A stretch of DNA of 64,000 nucleotides, from positions 9,114,001 to 9,178,000 of the forward strand of contig CM102289.1 in NCBI GenBank assembly GCA_046563655.1, read 5' to 3'. Under the pieces are notes generated by a model. It was not told where the DNA came from. It did no database searches and saw only the letters and a list, made by a program, of their open reading frames with translations. Origin of the DNA: Yuukianura sp. NJ FZ-2021 (Eukaryota). The translations under genes and the position numbers were made by a program. Below are positions 24,701 through 39,700 of this stretch, in pieces; positions within the stretch are counted from its first letter, which is position 1, and every line of letters begins with the position of its first letter.

Positions 24701-27700
24701 GTGAAGGCGTAGGGAAAGGAGCTTGTTCCTTAATAATATGGAAATATCTAAAGTGAAAGTACCGTGAATCTCCGACAAGAGAGCCCAGGCCTAAATTTTA
24801 TGTAAATTTTAAATGCGTGGGATGTTCTCTTTTTCTGTAAAAACTTAAAAATTCCCGCCTTTTTCACTCCAACCTTGCTTCAGTTCGACTCTTCCACTTT
24901 GAACGTCATTCGAACTTGGAACGTGAATCTTTTGCACGGTTTTTAGGAGAAAGTACGAATCGAGATAAAAAAAAAGTGCGTTATCTTAAACGTAGGGATT
25001 GTCTTGAGAATTGTCTTGACTATGGTAGAACATGTAGTTGAGGGGGGGGGTCGAGAAGGGGGGGGGGTTGAGGGGATGCGGAGAAAGTGAAAGTATTTGG
25101 CCGGATGCAGGAGTGATGAGGTTGTTCGACATGTGGAATGGCTCGGGGGCCTTTAATTGGGCTACAAGGAAAAAGAACGTTTTATATAAGAAATGGTAAA
25201 AGAATTTTTCATGTTCCACATCTCTACATTTTCTTCTTCTTTCTCAGAATTCGTACATTTGGCATTGCATCTTCAGAAATTTCTTGGAGATTCTTTTCTC
25301 CTTTTTCGAAAAAAAAACGAAAAACGAGAGGGATGATGGCATTTCTGACTCAACCGCACCAACTTTCTTCACAAATCGCCTCAAATGCCCGCCAAAATTT
25401 ATGCATTGTGTAAATATATAAAACATTGTTTTAAAATGTGGAATGGATCAATATTTTTTATTTAGTGTACAGCATAGTCTAACTTCCGTACAAATTTTAT
25501 TTAGAAATAGCATTTATTTAAAAGAAAACGATTCCAAAGTTAAGTTGTTGGACTGTTGCCGTCTATTCCTTCTTAGAAAAATTTCTAAAGTGACAAACGT
25601 TGTTTTAAATTTAAACAAAAAAGGTTTCAAAATTGTTCCAAATTTTAAAACCATCCCCACCATGCCTTCTTCGGTTTTGTTTCCTTAATGAGAGCTTTTG
25701 ATTTTGTTGTTGCCGCTTGAATAATTCTGGCTTCATGAACACCCACCTTTTCAAAAAATTAATAAAAAGGAATTGAAAATTGGAAATTTCTTTACCTCAA
25801 AATTAAAATAAAGTTAAACAAAATTCAACTTACGTTTCGTCTTGCTCGTTTAGCTTTCTTAGAGCTGTTAGTCGCTTCCTCCAAAATGGCTTCTGGTGTA
25901 AGTGCAACTGGTTTTCCTTTGGACGTTGAAATTTTTTCAACTGGTTCTTCGTCATCTTCTTCCACTTTCAAATCCGATTTGAAGTTGTTCTTTCTTGCCC
26001 CTCCACCAGATCCAAAACAAAATAAAGTGGCTGCAATTAGCAAACCGGCAGCAACGGCTCCTCCTAAGGCTGGTAAAATGATGGTCCAACTGACATTGGA
26101 CATGGACCAAACTGGTTCAATGTAAGTTTCTCCCGTTGGTCCAGTCATTTCATAGTAAGAAGTACAGTAGACATTTGGAAAAAGCAATGCAAGTATAAGC
26201 CAAAAAACTCCAGAATGTAAGCTTAGCTCCATTTTTGAAAAATTTAAAGAAAAATCAAACAACTTTTAAGAAAAAAAGTTTGTGTGGTTGCTTCCAAGGC
26301 TTCCAATTTCAAACTGATTTGAAACGGAGTGGTTTGAATATGCTCAAAAGGTGTGAAAAATAGTTTCAGTTTTTTTTTTTTTAAAACTTCTTTTAGAAAA
26401 AGGAATTGTCTTAAGCCATTTGCTGAATATTTGGATTTTTAGGCTTAATGCACACAGCACATCACACCTGTCTGCATTCAGGAATTTGGCTGAAAGCTTT
26501 TTAGTGTTTTGTCTTTCCAGTCTCCTGCTGCTTTCCTTTTTGGTTTTTCAAAAAACTCTTTTCTCACTTTACAATTTACTTTTTTTAAAAGGCAAAATTT
26601 TCTAAAATAAGACTTTGGGAACAAACAATTTTCGTAGAAGACAATATTCTGGTTTTACCTGGCGCCAAATAAACAATGAATTTTTTTTCCATTGTTTAAA
26701 AAAAGCTCCAAAATTTTGAAACAAGTCTCGCCCTTTTCGAATTCATTGAAATTACTTGAAATTCATTGAAAATTCATTATAATTGAAATTAAAATCCACT
26801 TCTTTCCCGCCATTCTAAGAATTTATGTATAATTATCAAAGGAAAGCAAAGCTCAAACGTCAGATAGAATTCGAGTTTGTACATTTAAAAAAAAAATTTC
26901 AAACCTTAGCACAAAGTTTAAGCAGTTCACCGTTTATATAATGTAAAACGAACACTGAGGAACACAAATAATGTTGTTTGTTGCTTAACTTTTTTTTTAC
27001 TTTTAGTCCAACATTTCGTTTGAACAACACATAAAATTGTGTCCAATCTTGTAATGGTGCTTGTAAAAATAAAAAGCGAAAGTAGGGAGAAAGTCAATTC
27101 GGTTCTATTGGAGAAATTGGAAGTTTTCTATTCATTATGATTACCATTCCTTCTCTCCAAAGCCCAACTTTTACGAATAGGACTTTATGTTGGAAGATTC
27201 TGGAGGAGGGGAGACGCCATTCCACACAAAAGTTCTAATCCAAACTAAGTTTTTGAGGCAGGAGAAAGTTGATGGTTCCAAATTGTAAGAATGGAATCAG
27301 CCTTAGCCTAAGAATCTTCTCTATTTTTTTGGCAGCGAATCTTCAACAACAGTTCGTCCATGTCAGTCCTTTTCCAAAACCGAAAAAATTTCCAAAAAAA
27401 ATTTCTCCCCCAAAATTCTTCTGGCTTTGCTCTTGTCGTCGTCTTAAACTTAATAGATTGATCCTGACTTAATTTACGTCAAGATTTCATCTCTGCGCGT
27501 CTTCTTATGACTTTCTCCTGCTTTCTCCCTAACCTAAAGATTTTTTTGTTAGGTTGAAGCTAACCTTAGGAAAAGAGATGAGCCTCGTAAATCTCCTTTA
27601 TTTTGAGGGCAATGAAAGTTGTTCCTCCTTTTACTTTGATCCTGGTTCAGTTTGACTGAGAAAGTTTACGTAGCGAAATGGATTGATTGCAGTGATAAAA

Positions 27701-30700
27701 TTTTGACCTGGAAGTACACCATATTATTGATGGAGACCATTAATCAGATTATACATAACTGCTTCCACTTTTTCTTAACCTAACCAAGTCTAATGTCATT
27801 CTCAGTCATAACTTAAAGAATCTACCCAATCATCCACTTACTTTTGTCTTCCAAGAAAAAAAAGAGCGGGAAAGAATATTCAAACTATCGGAAAAACAAC
27901 TTTCTCCCAAAATTTTACAAATTTCCCAAGATTTTATGGAAACGTAACTTTTATGATCAAGTTTACTCGAACTTAAACGAAAAGGGATTAGAAATTTTAC
28001 TATCAGAAAAATTGCAATTCTTCAAATTGCTAAAAGTAAAAAAAAAAAACTATGTAAAAAAAGTAAATCTGGGTCACCAAAATCAAAGAAGAGGTCGATG
28101 GACTCTCAGATTAGAAAAAAATCTCAAAATTTTACAACATTTGATTAAATCTTTTGTCAATTTTTTTTTCATGCAGAGCTGTTAGATTTCCAAAATTTGT
28201 CACTTTCTAATGCTCTAACTGCATCTTGAATCGCTGGAAGACCTGTTTACTGCGCATGTTCAAAAAACACAAAAGATGTGACGTTGTGGTTAGGGATGTT
28301 GCATACCCTAGTCAGATTTCATGTTTGACATAAGTTACATGAAAGCTAAAATGACTCTCGAGAGATGTATTACTTTACAACACTCTCAAAAAATAAAAAT
28401 TTAGTCATACAAAACAAAGCTGTCTTAACCCGTCAGATTCGTTGGATGAAGAATTCCTGTTCATAATTTAAGAAAACTCCGAATGTTTTTAGCCTCACAG
28501 GATGTTTTGAACTGCTTTAACTTTTATTTTGGAACCGGGTGGATCTTATGCTTCAAATTTTTGTTTTAAATCTTTTCTCCTTAAAAGTAATTCAGCACTG
28601 TGCAACCAATTAATCACCGTAGCACTGCTGTGATTCTTAGTAGCCTCCAGCACAAAAGTGAATCTGAAGCCGTAACAAGTTATGACTTTCACTAAAAGTG
28701 TCTCTCCCCTGGAGACTTTTTATCTTCTTAATTAGTTCAACTAAAACTTTAAACTTTAGTCTTTTAGTCCAAAGTGTCAAAATAAGTGCAACGGCCCAGA
28801 TGGCGCATGCTTCTACGAATCCCAAAATGCCTGTGTCTTTAGCATCGTTGAAATTAATTTGAAATTGGAAGGCATATGGAAATTATTGTTTTTGCAAGTC
28901 ACCAGAATCGGCCCATTTATTTGTCAACTTTTGTGTTTCACTTTCCCCGGACACAGTTTAAATTTGTTTATGCGCTGCACTGTCTTTTGGAATGCGGGCA
29001 AAGCGAAAATACAAAACTGAAATCGAAACGAAACTTCAAAGATTGAAAATTCCTGAGAGCGACAAGGACAAATTAGTTGAAAAGCGAAGCGGGAAGTTAT
29101 GGGCGCACATTTTCGTTGTCTTTGAAACTCCTACAAAACAAAACATGAAAACTAAAACCGAAAACTGTAACAATTGATTCTCATCGTTTTTGAAACTGCA
29201 CAAAGAAGCCAGCATTCCAGTGAAACTGCAAAAAAAAGAGAAGCTTTTTTCGATTTTTTTTGAAAATTTAAGACTAGAGTGAAAGTAGAAAAGTTAGGTA
29301 ATGCTTTTCAGGTTAGGGGCGTAACATATGCTTTCCTTTGTGCTGGCAAGACGTTATGAGGCTGTCATTTTGTTCAATTGGAAGTCAAGTCGTGTCAAGA
29401 GTGTGCCAGGGAATTGGCAGCACACAAAAAGTAGGTCCTGTTCCGGAAGTTATTGTATTGAGAATGAAGATGGATGTGTGTCGGTACGCTACGTTTCTTC
29501 CATTTCAAGTTCCCGCGCTTTTTTCAAATGTTACCGCGCCTTCTTTTCAAAGGTGATGGGTACCCTTAAGAGGAAGTCAGAGAAACTAGAGCAAAGGGGG
29601 ACTTGAAGGGCCCCTTTTCAACTGCGAAAAGAAATATGTGACATTTCCAAGTTCCAGAAAGTGACAATCGAAGAAATTCCAATAAATGTCATTTAATTGT
29701 TCTTTTCTCTTTGAGCAGACAATGTATTGAGTTCATAAATTCCAAGGCCTTTCACTTTTTTTGTTAAGGTCAAAAGAGAAAGTAAGTTACGAGTGCAGGA
29801 AAAAAGTATATCAAAATGTACTTTTTTGAAAAAAGTTAAGTATATCAAAATGTACTTGTTTGAAAAAGTATTCTGGTCATGTAAAAAGTCCAAATTGATA
29901 TTCAGTTCATGTGACTATGCTCGTCTGGTGTTTCTTTTTAACAGGAGGACCACAACTTGAGGAACCAGAATTTGCAGAAGCCATAGAAAATATTACTGTT
30001 CCGGCTGGGCGGGAGGTCAAACTGGCTTGTGCCGTTAAGAATCTTGGACCACACAAGGTAAGAAAAATTTTTCTTAAAAAAAATTCACTTTTTAGCAGAA
30101 AATTTTTAAATTTTAAGGTATTTTTTTGAAAGATCCCTGAAATTTTTTGGAAATCATATAATATTAAACGTGATCCAATCCGAGTGTCAAGGTGGACACA
30201 TTCCCCTGGGTGTCCCTTGACTAAAAAAGAGTTGAAAGTGACATGAAATGAAAATGTAATAATCCGAAGGTGGGAAAAGAGAAAGTCCTTTGGATTATGC
30301 AGTGCTCGTCGTCAGTCATCAATCACACAAATGGTATGGTAGGATGATGCCTTGGGGTTCAGATTTAGATTTTCTATAGCAAATGTATCTCCCTAGTTCA
30401 CCAAAAACCCGGGTTTCTGTTCATAACGCGAGAAAGAGGAATTTTTGGTGGCTGACTTTCACCGTAGGCCTCTCTCCAAACCAAAACCACACCAAAATTC
30501 ACACATCAAAGGAATGGATGGGATAATCGCAAGGCTTTTCTTCCCTCCACCACTTTCTTTTTTCTAGAACAGTCGCCGTAATGCATACTAAGTTCCTAGA
30601 AAATGTTATTCTTCACCTTGCATCTTTCACAGGGCTCAACAACCCTCACGACCAACCACAATTCAAATTTTATATACAATTCCCACTTCACTATTATTTC

Positions 30701-33700
30701 AAAACCACAAAAAAAGTGAAAGTTGGAAGCATGGTTACGCATAAACAAGTTTTATTATGTAAGTACAAAATAAGATTTTGTGAAGAAAAAGTTGCATTTT
30801 GGAAAAAAACGAATTTTGAAGAGAAACCTGCATTTTGAGAAAATATGCATTTGAAAGCTGCATTTTTGACAAAAAAAAATGTATTTTGAAGAGAAAGCTA
30901 CATTTTGGAGAAAAAAAAAAGTCTGGTAGGAGCTGGATTTAACTCTAGCATTTTTTCCACGATTTTTGAAAATTTGCAAAAACGAAACAACTTTTGAAGA
31001 TGATTTGGAAGGAAAGTTAAAAAGTGTGTCTAAAACCATTTTGTGGCGTAATTATTGTAATGCTTTCCTTGAGAAAGTGGTTGGGAAGCCTCAAGTGAGC
31101 GGTTAACCCTTTGAACTTTATTCTAATTAATAATATTTAAAAGTTTAATGAGTTCTGAGATTTCAAAGCACAAAGGCTAGCCGTCTCAACTTTCCTAAAA
31201 TCCCTGCCCACTTTCTCCGTTTTTCTCAGGTGAATTTGCAGAGAGATGGAAATCCGAAACTTTCTCCACCCCCTCCCCCTCAATGCTCACAATAAACTTC
31301 CCCCTAACCCAACTTTCACCAAACTCACTTTGAATTCCAACATATCCCACTGAAATTTTATAACTCCCGCTTTCCCATGTAAGTTATGGTTTTAATTAAA
31401 TCCAACACAATAAAAACCAATCGACTCAAACTCTATTTTACGCAGTGGTCATTTCCCCTACTCTTATTGTTTACACAAAATTGCATGACCATGCACAAAT
31501 TCAAAACAAAAAACATCAGCGAAAGACAATTTTGGCAGAAAAACTAAAACTTCAGTTTGAAAGTTTAACATTCTTGTTAAATTTTTTGTATTTTCGAAGC
31601 ATTTGGGCTTGTTCTAGTCCATTAATGCCCCTCAAACAACTAAAATTGGAATGGAGTTTAAGTTTCATTAGGCGAAAAGCTTTAAAGAACCACACGAGAG
31701 ACGCGTCGAGCTAAATTTAACTTTCTCTTGCTCTCTCCTTGTTAAACTAGAAAATCTAATTTCCCTCCTTTCCCCTCCTCCTCTCATCTCTCTCAAATCT
31801 AGTCACAAGAATATTGCATTACACTTTTCCTATTACTTTGGCACTGGAGGGTTTAAAACCCGTCCATAGCATATGCACCACTCTTCCAAGTTTTAGAAAA
31901 CTAGAATCTAGCATAGTCTGAGTCCAGAGAAAGTAGTGCGGTTGGGCGGGAGTGTTTTGATAGTGGGTAATCAACATGATTAAGCCATCAAATTCTGCAG
32001 TTACACACGCCTCATCCCAACGAACCACAAAGAACCCGGAACGAAATTGACTTTGACAATGGACCAAAATGGACGTCCATTGGGACACGGCAGGGACAAA
32101 ATAATTGTGTACTTTCAACTAAACAGAGATTCGCCCAGTTTAATTAAAAATTAGAAATTTAAGAAGAACCTTTCAATTTCGGCTTTTCTTTGTTTGGTGT
32201 TTGAACAAGGTTAAAAGCTAAGAAGTTTTGTTTGAACAAGGTTGAGCTTGAGGGTACAGGTTAACCGCAATCTAGGTTTCTTAACCCAATTTTTGTACTT
32301 ATCAATTATACATCTTAGCTTGCTTTTAAAAAAAGTGTTTGAGGCTAAAAAGCGTTTGTTGCATAATTAAAATCTGGAGGTTGGAGTTTCATGAAGTGTT
32401 TACATTTACTAAATTTTTCATTTTTCTCCACTTTTCTTTCACTTTCTCTCACAATTTCTTGTAAGACTAAATTCCCGCTTTTTGTTGAAAATGTTGGGCT
32501 AACCTTAGAGACTTTCGTTTTTCTCTCCAAGGAGAAAGTGACTCCACTTTTCTTTACTTTTCTCACCCCATGCATATTTATGAAGTGGGTATTTTTGAGT
32601 GTGTTGGTTAGCTTTAGCTTTCTCCAACTTTTTCAAAAGAAAAGCTGAGCAAAGATCTCTTAAGGTTAGGTTTTTGGTGCAGTTTTTCAAGGAAAAAGAA
32701 AAGTTAGGCTAACTTTACGTTAGGCTCTTGTTCTTTAAAGATTTCTACCTTTGAGAAAAGACCAGCCTCAAGCCATTTCTGAAGCCTTGTTGAATGACTC
32801 TGCTGCGTTCTAATGTAAATATCCCTGACTCGCATAATAAAGGACCTCCGATACAACGGAAATTGTGTCTTTCCTGCTTTCACCACAGCCCAAGACGCTT
32901 TCTTTGTTCATTTCAGCTTGGTCAGGTCATGGGTTAACGCACTTTTGTTAAGCTAGGCTACTTTGTTAGGTAATGCATAACGTTAGATTAGGCTTTCACA
33001 GAAACAGAGAAAATGGACTTATTGAAAATCATGTTCAGAATAGGTAGAGTCTCATTATAGAACAAATCAAATTCATAGCAATGAACAACAAGAAAGCGGA
33101 GCTTCATCTTTCTCAAAAGCTCCAGCGTTGAAAGGAATTAAAGTCAAGTTGTGCTAAGCCTTATTCATGACCAAGGCTCCGAACTACCCGCCGTTACCCG
33201 GTTTGGGGTTATGTTACCCGGGTACATTGTTCATCCCCATTTGGATTAGACTGTAATCCCACTTCTACCAGCAGAGAATACAATTAAACAAGTCATTTCC
33301 CCTGCTGTACCAGCTGACACGCCATCCCCTGCATCCTTGCATCTCAACGGCCTAATCACGTCCATTCTCAAGCTTCCAGGATCCAGGATCAGGATGGTAG
33401 CATGCCATTGTTTCGAATGAATTCCTCCGAATGGATTGCCTCGAAACCGTTTCCTCCAAAGGGTAAATTGCTCCGATGTGTACAATATTATTTTCGGAGG
33501 AATCTGACTTTCGGAGAAATCCTTTCGGAGCAATGGCATGTAACCATCAGGATCCATGAACTTTTATGAACAGTAGGGTGGACATGGGAAGCGGGAATTA
33601 TAGGTTGAGGATTTGTGTAAAACGGAATAAGTTAGAGTCTTACACTTCATCTCACTTTGTATTTGCATGGAGAAGGGAGTTAATGGACAAGGGCGGGAAA

Positions 33701-36700
33701 TGGAATTTGAAAAGTTTAAGGTTAGGTTATGTGTTCCCCTCCACAGTCGTATATTGTGTCTAATCATCCGGGTAATGAAGTAGTAATTTTGTTATAAAGG
33801 AGATTACACTAGTGTGTCATGGATTAGGATTTGCGCAGACGCAGGGTCATGTCAAGTCGACTGTCTCACTTGAAACAAATAAAATGGAAACATGTCACAC
33901 CAGATTTTCTTCAAATATCAAAGATTCTTTGTTGAAATGTCACACATTTTTGAGAAATTTGGTATTTGAGAGCCTGTGACAGAATTGTTTTTTGAAAAAG
34001 TGAAATTTTTAAATTGCTTTTTATTCTGTACAACATAGGTGGCGTGGATTCACTTTGAAGGGTCTGCCATCTTGACAGTTCAAACACACGTTATAACGCG
34101 GAATCCGAGAATCAAAGTGACGCATGACAAGCACCGGACATGGTACCTCCACATTGAAGATGTCCAGAGTGCTGATGCTGGACGCTACATGTGTCAAATC
34201 AACACGGAAACGGCCAAGACCCAGTTTGGCTACTTGCATGTCGTGGGTAAGAGCAAAGTCAAATAAAAAGAGTAGAGTTTTGTGCTTTCTCCATTACAAA
34301 GCTTATGCGGAAGTGTAGAGTTGAATTTTGGCGGGAGAATTGTAATTTGAAAGTTGAAGTCATCACTTTCACTTTTGTTATTTGGCTTGAGGTTATGGTT
34401 CCCACATTTCCCGTAATTGGTTTCCTAATTAGCCTTCCATTAGGCCTCTTCACTTTCACTCTATGCTCATACTGTGCTAGGCGGTTAGGCTAAACTTAGG
34501 TTTAGTCAAGAGAAAGTCATTACCACCGCCTGTGAATCCCCGTTTTCAACAACTCTACGCTAAAGCCTTTCCTCGCTTTCACCATTATAATGTAAAACCA
34601 AAAAAAAATCAAAATTTTGAAAAAAAAAATTTGCTGTACTTTCGCTTTCTGCTCAAATTTTCAGTTTAGTTTATGTTAGATTATGAATTTACCGTAAAGT
34701 TCCAGCAACTGGAGAGCAATTCGAAAACATGGTGCATCATCACCCAAAATCTATGTTTTTTTTTGCTTTACTTTCACCACCACGAGTACAACCCTGGTGA
34801 AAGTAAAGTGAAAGTACAAAGTTAGGTAACAAAAACACGTCCAGAACTCACCCTCTCCACCCTGGGGATTTGTTTTCATCTACTTCAAAGTCTACTTCTG
34901 ATTTCATTATTTCCCAAAATTCCAAACAGAAACTAAGCCTCACAGACACAAATAATCACTTTATCATCGACTTTCTCCGCTCGATACAGAAAAAAAGAGG
35001 CAAAATTTCATATTTTTCCCATCAAGAGCAGCAGATTTTTTTTTTGTTTTTAGAGTTGAAATGTTTTAACTTTTTTTTGATATTGTCCAATTCAATGAGT
35101 TTTTTTCTAAACTGACAAATATCAGATGAGATAGGGAAAATTATGCAGTGGATTTTGAATTTGAGCATCAGGAGATACTCAATGTGATCGGACATAAATC
35201 TTGCAGCTTTCGTTTTGCACAGAGTAGCAGAAATTCAACTTGAAGTTATAAAAAAAGCAGGAAAACGAGAAGAGAAAGCTCTTCGCGCATAGATTTACGC
35301 ACGTCAGCCTGATCTTTGAATGCTTTTAGAGTTTGAGTTTTTCCAAATTCCAAAAAATTCGGTTTTTGTTCGAAAAGAAGCAGCTAGACAAGAAATGTTG
35401 AGCAGCGAGACCTATTGAAATTGTAAACTTTTAAAGACGCGAAAGAAGATCACTTTTCCGAATCTTCTTCTTTTTGTGTGTTGGCTTTTCCAAAGTTTTA
35501 TTCCTCTTGCTGCTTTTTCGGAATTTTTGAATCCAAAATGGAGAAGAGGGAGTTACGCGTTTCTTTCTTCTATTCGAATGATAATTTTGTAACGTCGTTT
35601 CATTGACGCTCTGGAATTGCTTTCCTGTCGATCTCCTTCCATATCAAACACGGGAATCTCAACCGAGGAGACCAAAACATACGAATCTCTGGGTTGCTCG
35701 AAATAACATGGTGAAAGCTTCACTTCGAAAACATGTTTTTTGGATTTTTTGAATCAACAGCATTTCAAACAGCACAGAATGATTTGTTCAAGAAGGCGTC
35801 AAGCTCTCCCCTCTTCACCATACCAAGAATTCCCATTTTGTCACCAACAAACGTCCATCACTGTCCACAATTTTTTCAAACCCTGACACTAGTGAAATTT
35901 CGAAACAAAAAACAGAAAAAAAAGTTCGAATTTGTGTTTGAAATCTGCAATTTGAAAAACAACAAAACCGATTGAAATTTTCTAAATATTATAAGCAAAA
36001 ATTTTGTATTGAAGTAAATAGATTCGTTTTGTATTGCGATGATAAATTTTCAAAACTTCAGTTGTGTTTAACTAACTTTCACAAATCAAAATTTTCGTTT
36101 TTCTATGTCACATCCCAGTTAGAAATTTGCACAAAAAGTTCGTATTGAAAGTGATTTTTTAAAAAGAGAAGTTCCGATTGAGGGGGCTTGTGTACAGGTT
36201 TTTCTTTTTTTTTTTAAATTGGAGAAAGTGCAGGTTTTTTGAACTGAAAGTAAGAAGCACTCACAGGTTCAGTTTGACTTTCTCTACTAGAATCCTTGTC
36301 GCTTAAGTGCCTTATCCTCCTCATCCAAATAAATAATTCACCTTAAGAACTTTCACTTAAACCACAACTTACAAACAAACTGTTGAATTTATCAACAACT
36401 TTTCAAATTCAATCTATTTTAATTTCGCCTGCAGCGTCTGCAGTGTGTTCCAAAAGCTAGACGCGCTTTTTCTTTTTACAATTCAAATAAAAAAATATTT
36501 GTTCAACTCTTTAATTTTTTTATGATAGAAATTGAGTTGATTAATTTTAAATTTTTTAATAAACTTTCACAGTTCCTCCCAACATTGACGATTCTATGAG
36601 CAGCTCAGATGCAATTGTGCGGGAAAATTCAAATGTGACGCTCAACTGCCACGCTACGGGCTCTCCTCGCCCGACAGTCAAATGGCAAAGAGAAGACGGA

Positions 36701-39700
36701 AAGGAAATGAAAATCAACAGAAGCTTATTACGTAAGCAAGAAAAAACCTGTTTTTGAAAATTGAAACTTGAAATTTCATTTACAATTTAGAAATTTTGAA
36801 AATTCTTGATAGTTCGAGAATATGAAGGCGAAACGCTCGAACTTAGTCGAATTAGCCGATTGGAAATGGGCCATTTTCTCTGTGTCGGTAAGCAACTTCT
36901 ACCAATTTTTGTAATTTTCAAAATCCCGCTTCTAAAATTTAAACAAAAGACATTTTGGAAAAACTTAATTTTAGTATTTCAATTTGCGTTTTGTCAAAAA
37001 CGGCTTTCAATTTGCAGTTTTGGCAGGAATTTGATAATCAAATGTTTGAATTTCAGCATCGAATGGAGTTCCACCAGCAGTGAGCAAACGAATTAAAGTT
37101 AGCGTGGACTGTAAGTGATTTCAATTTACCCAAATCTAGCAATATGTTTCATAGTTCTGTCTTTTGTAAAAATGTTCTTCGAAAATTACTTTTTTCAAAA
37201 TTTCTAAGAAAAAGAGGAATATCTAGTGGGGATTTTTGTTCAAAAATTGTCTGTGTTTGAATTGTGATTTTCCCGTTTAAAAGTTCCCTCTTCGTGGCAG
37301 CATCTGCTTGATTCATCAAATTCAGACTCATAAAAAGAAGTTGGTTTTGCCCGCTGTAGGAAAAGTGCTTTCTCCAACCAAAAACCCAAATCCATTGTGT
37401 TTTCTCCAACCCCTATGTCTCATTCCCTTTTAATGTCTAATGGAGGGTAGCCTTCTGTTAGGTTTTGGTTAGGTTAGTCTTCATTCCTAAGCGAAATCAT
37501 GGAAATCTCCCACAGAATAATAGAACATCCTTAGCTTTTTTCATCAATTCCAAAAGAAAAGGCCATTGACAAGCCAAAGCGACAGGATTTCTCATTCACA
37601 CGCTGCTCAGCAACAGTCAAGTAAAAAAAAGCACGACTGAAGTCGTGTCGATGCAGAAATTACACGACGAAACGCGTGCCTTTTGAAAAAAAGTGGAGAA
37701 TTTTTGTGCACTTTCTTTTGTTCACTTTTCTAAACTTTCCAATTGTCAATCGACAGAGAAAAAAAACTGTCAAAACAGAAAGAAATTTTAATTTTCGATT
37801 CTCTAGCACTACGAAGATTTGAAAATTTTGAAATTTTTAAAGTGTGTTACATGGTGAAAAAAAAATTGTAGTTGACATTCTGCGAAAGTATTTCTGCTGT
37901 TTTGGGCGGTGTGTTGAATGATTTTTTTTCTAATGCAGAAGATAGTGAATAGAACTTTGATTTCGAAGCGCCAAAAAGTTCTCATTTGTGGTTTAAAGTT
38001 GAGAGTTTTTTAGTTTTGAAAAGGGAAGGGAGCGTGTGATGTTAAAAGATTGAAAAGTTTTTGTTTTCTTTTCCTTAAAAGCGAAATGCGGAGAAAAGCG
38101 AACGGCGGGAAATCCAAAAATTAAAATCAACCCAAACAGATGCCAACTTTCCAAAAAGTTTAAAACAGCACAACCCTCTCAAAATAAAATTGTAAAAAAG
38201 TCTGTACAGTTTTCTCGCCAAAAAAGCATCACTTTTTGATGATTTGGACGAAAATGAAAAAACTGCAAAATACTCTTTCATATTTTGGAAATTTTAGTTT
38301 AATTTTTTAACTGGTTTCAAATTCAGAACAAACTCGTTTGGCCATTATTTATGCTAAAACATTACTAGACGCACAAGAGGGGAGAAACCGGTGAAAGTTG
38401 TTCCAATAAATCCTGGAATGCGCTGGAAAAGTGCGTTTTCCTTAAAAAAAAGTCTTGCTGCATATCTTTACATTCAATTTAGAATCCATTTATTTCTGGA
38501 AGGAGGGAAGTAGTAAAGTAAAAGTAGGAGTAGCATGTAAGGAGAAAGTGAAAGTGAGGCTAATAGGCGTAAGTGAATGTTTCCGCTTCTGTTCTTTTCC
38601 TTACGACCTTAATGTCATCTCTCCCCAAATTCTGACTTTTCTTAGGAAAAGTCCTGTCTTTCCCGCCACACAAAATCTTAGAAAAAGTCTACTACTGCTG
38701 TACTTTCACTAGTAAAAGCCCGTCTAGACTTTTTCTTCCAAAGTAAAAGTAATTTTAATCATGTAAATGCACTCTAAATCTGTCCTCTTCTTTTCTTTTT
38801 TTTTCGAACACACTTCACTACGCGTTTTCTTTAACAAACTACGTTTCTCCAATTGCATTTCCTCTCTACTTTTCTTGTTCTTTGACTCTAACCCAATTTT
38901 TGAAATTTTTAAACTAATTTACCAAAAAATTTAAAAACTTGGATTGCAAACTTAAAAATTGAAGTGTCGGAGTGAAAATTTTGAATACCGGCAGTTTCAG
39001 TGTCACGTGGGATTCAATTTTTTGTGGGGTTTGGTTTCAATTAATCTAAAAACTAATTAGTTTCATTCAACAATCAATTTACTATATACATTGTTAGGTT
39101 AACAAGTTGAATTCTGAGCGTCTTTTGCTTTGTTTTCAACGTAGTTTGACTAATCTTGAATAATGAAATTACGTTAAAGGATTTTGCTGAGGAAGATTTT
39201 AAAGTTTTTGACTAATGTGTTTACAATCGGAGAAAGTCTCAAGAGTTCCCTAACCTTTGGCTCTTAGACTAATTCCTAAGTTACAAAAGTAAACATAACT
39301 TTGGAAGTTGTTACCTTAATTGAACGTTAAATTAATTCTGTTCACTTTTGAGAAATGGAGCACTGAAATGGAAACTGGGCTTTCTCCAGGTTAAAGTCTT
39401 CGTTCTCATCAGAATGATTTAGAACTTTCTCCCGCCTTTCGTTTTTGTTCCTAATTGGACAACTGGGACTTAACTCAAATTCATAATCATTTGCTAATTC
39501 CGTTTTACAACGAACAGCATCACTCCCTCGCGTCTTTTCAAAAACGAAAATCTCTCAATTGTCTTTTCAAAACATTCTCCATGTCTCTCATTATCTCTTG
39601 TACTTTGTACATTATCCATAATTAGCCCTTTGTTTACAAGAAAACCAGCATGGGCTTTCTCTTTTTTCAACCAATTACGAATTCCTAGCACAAAAAGTTT

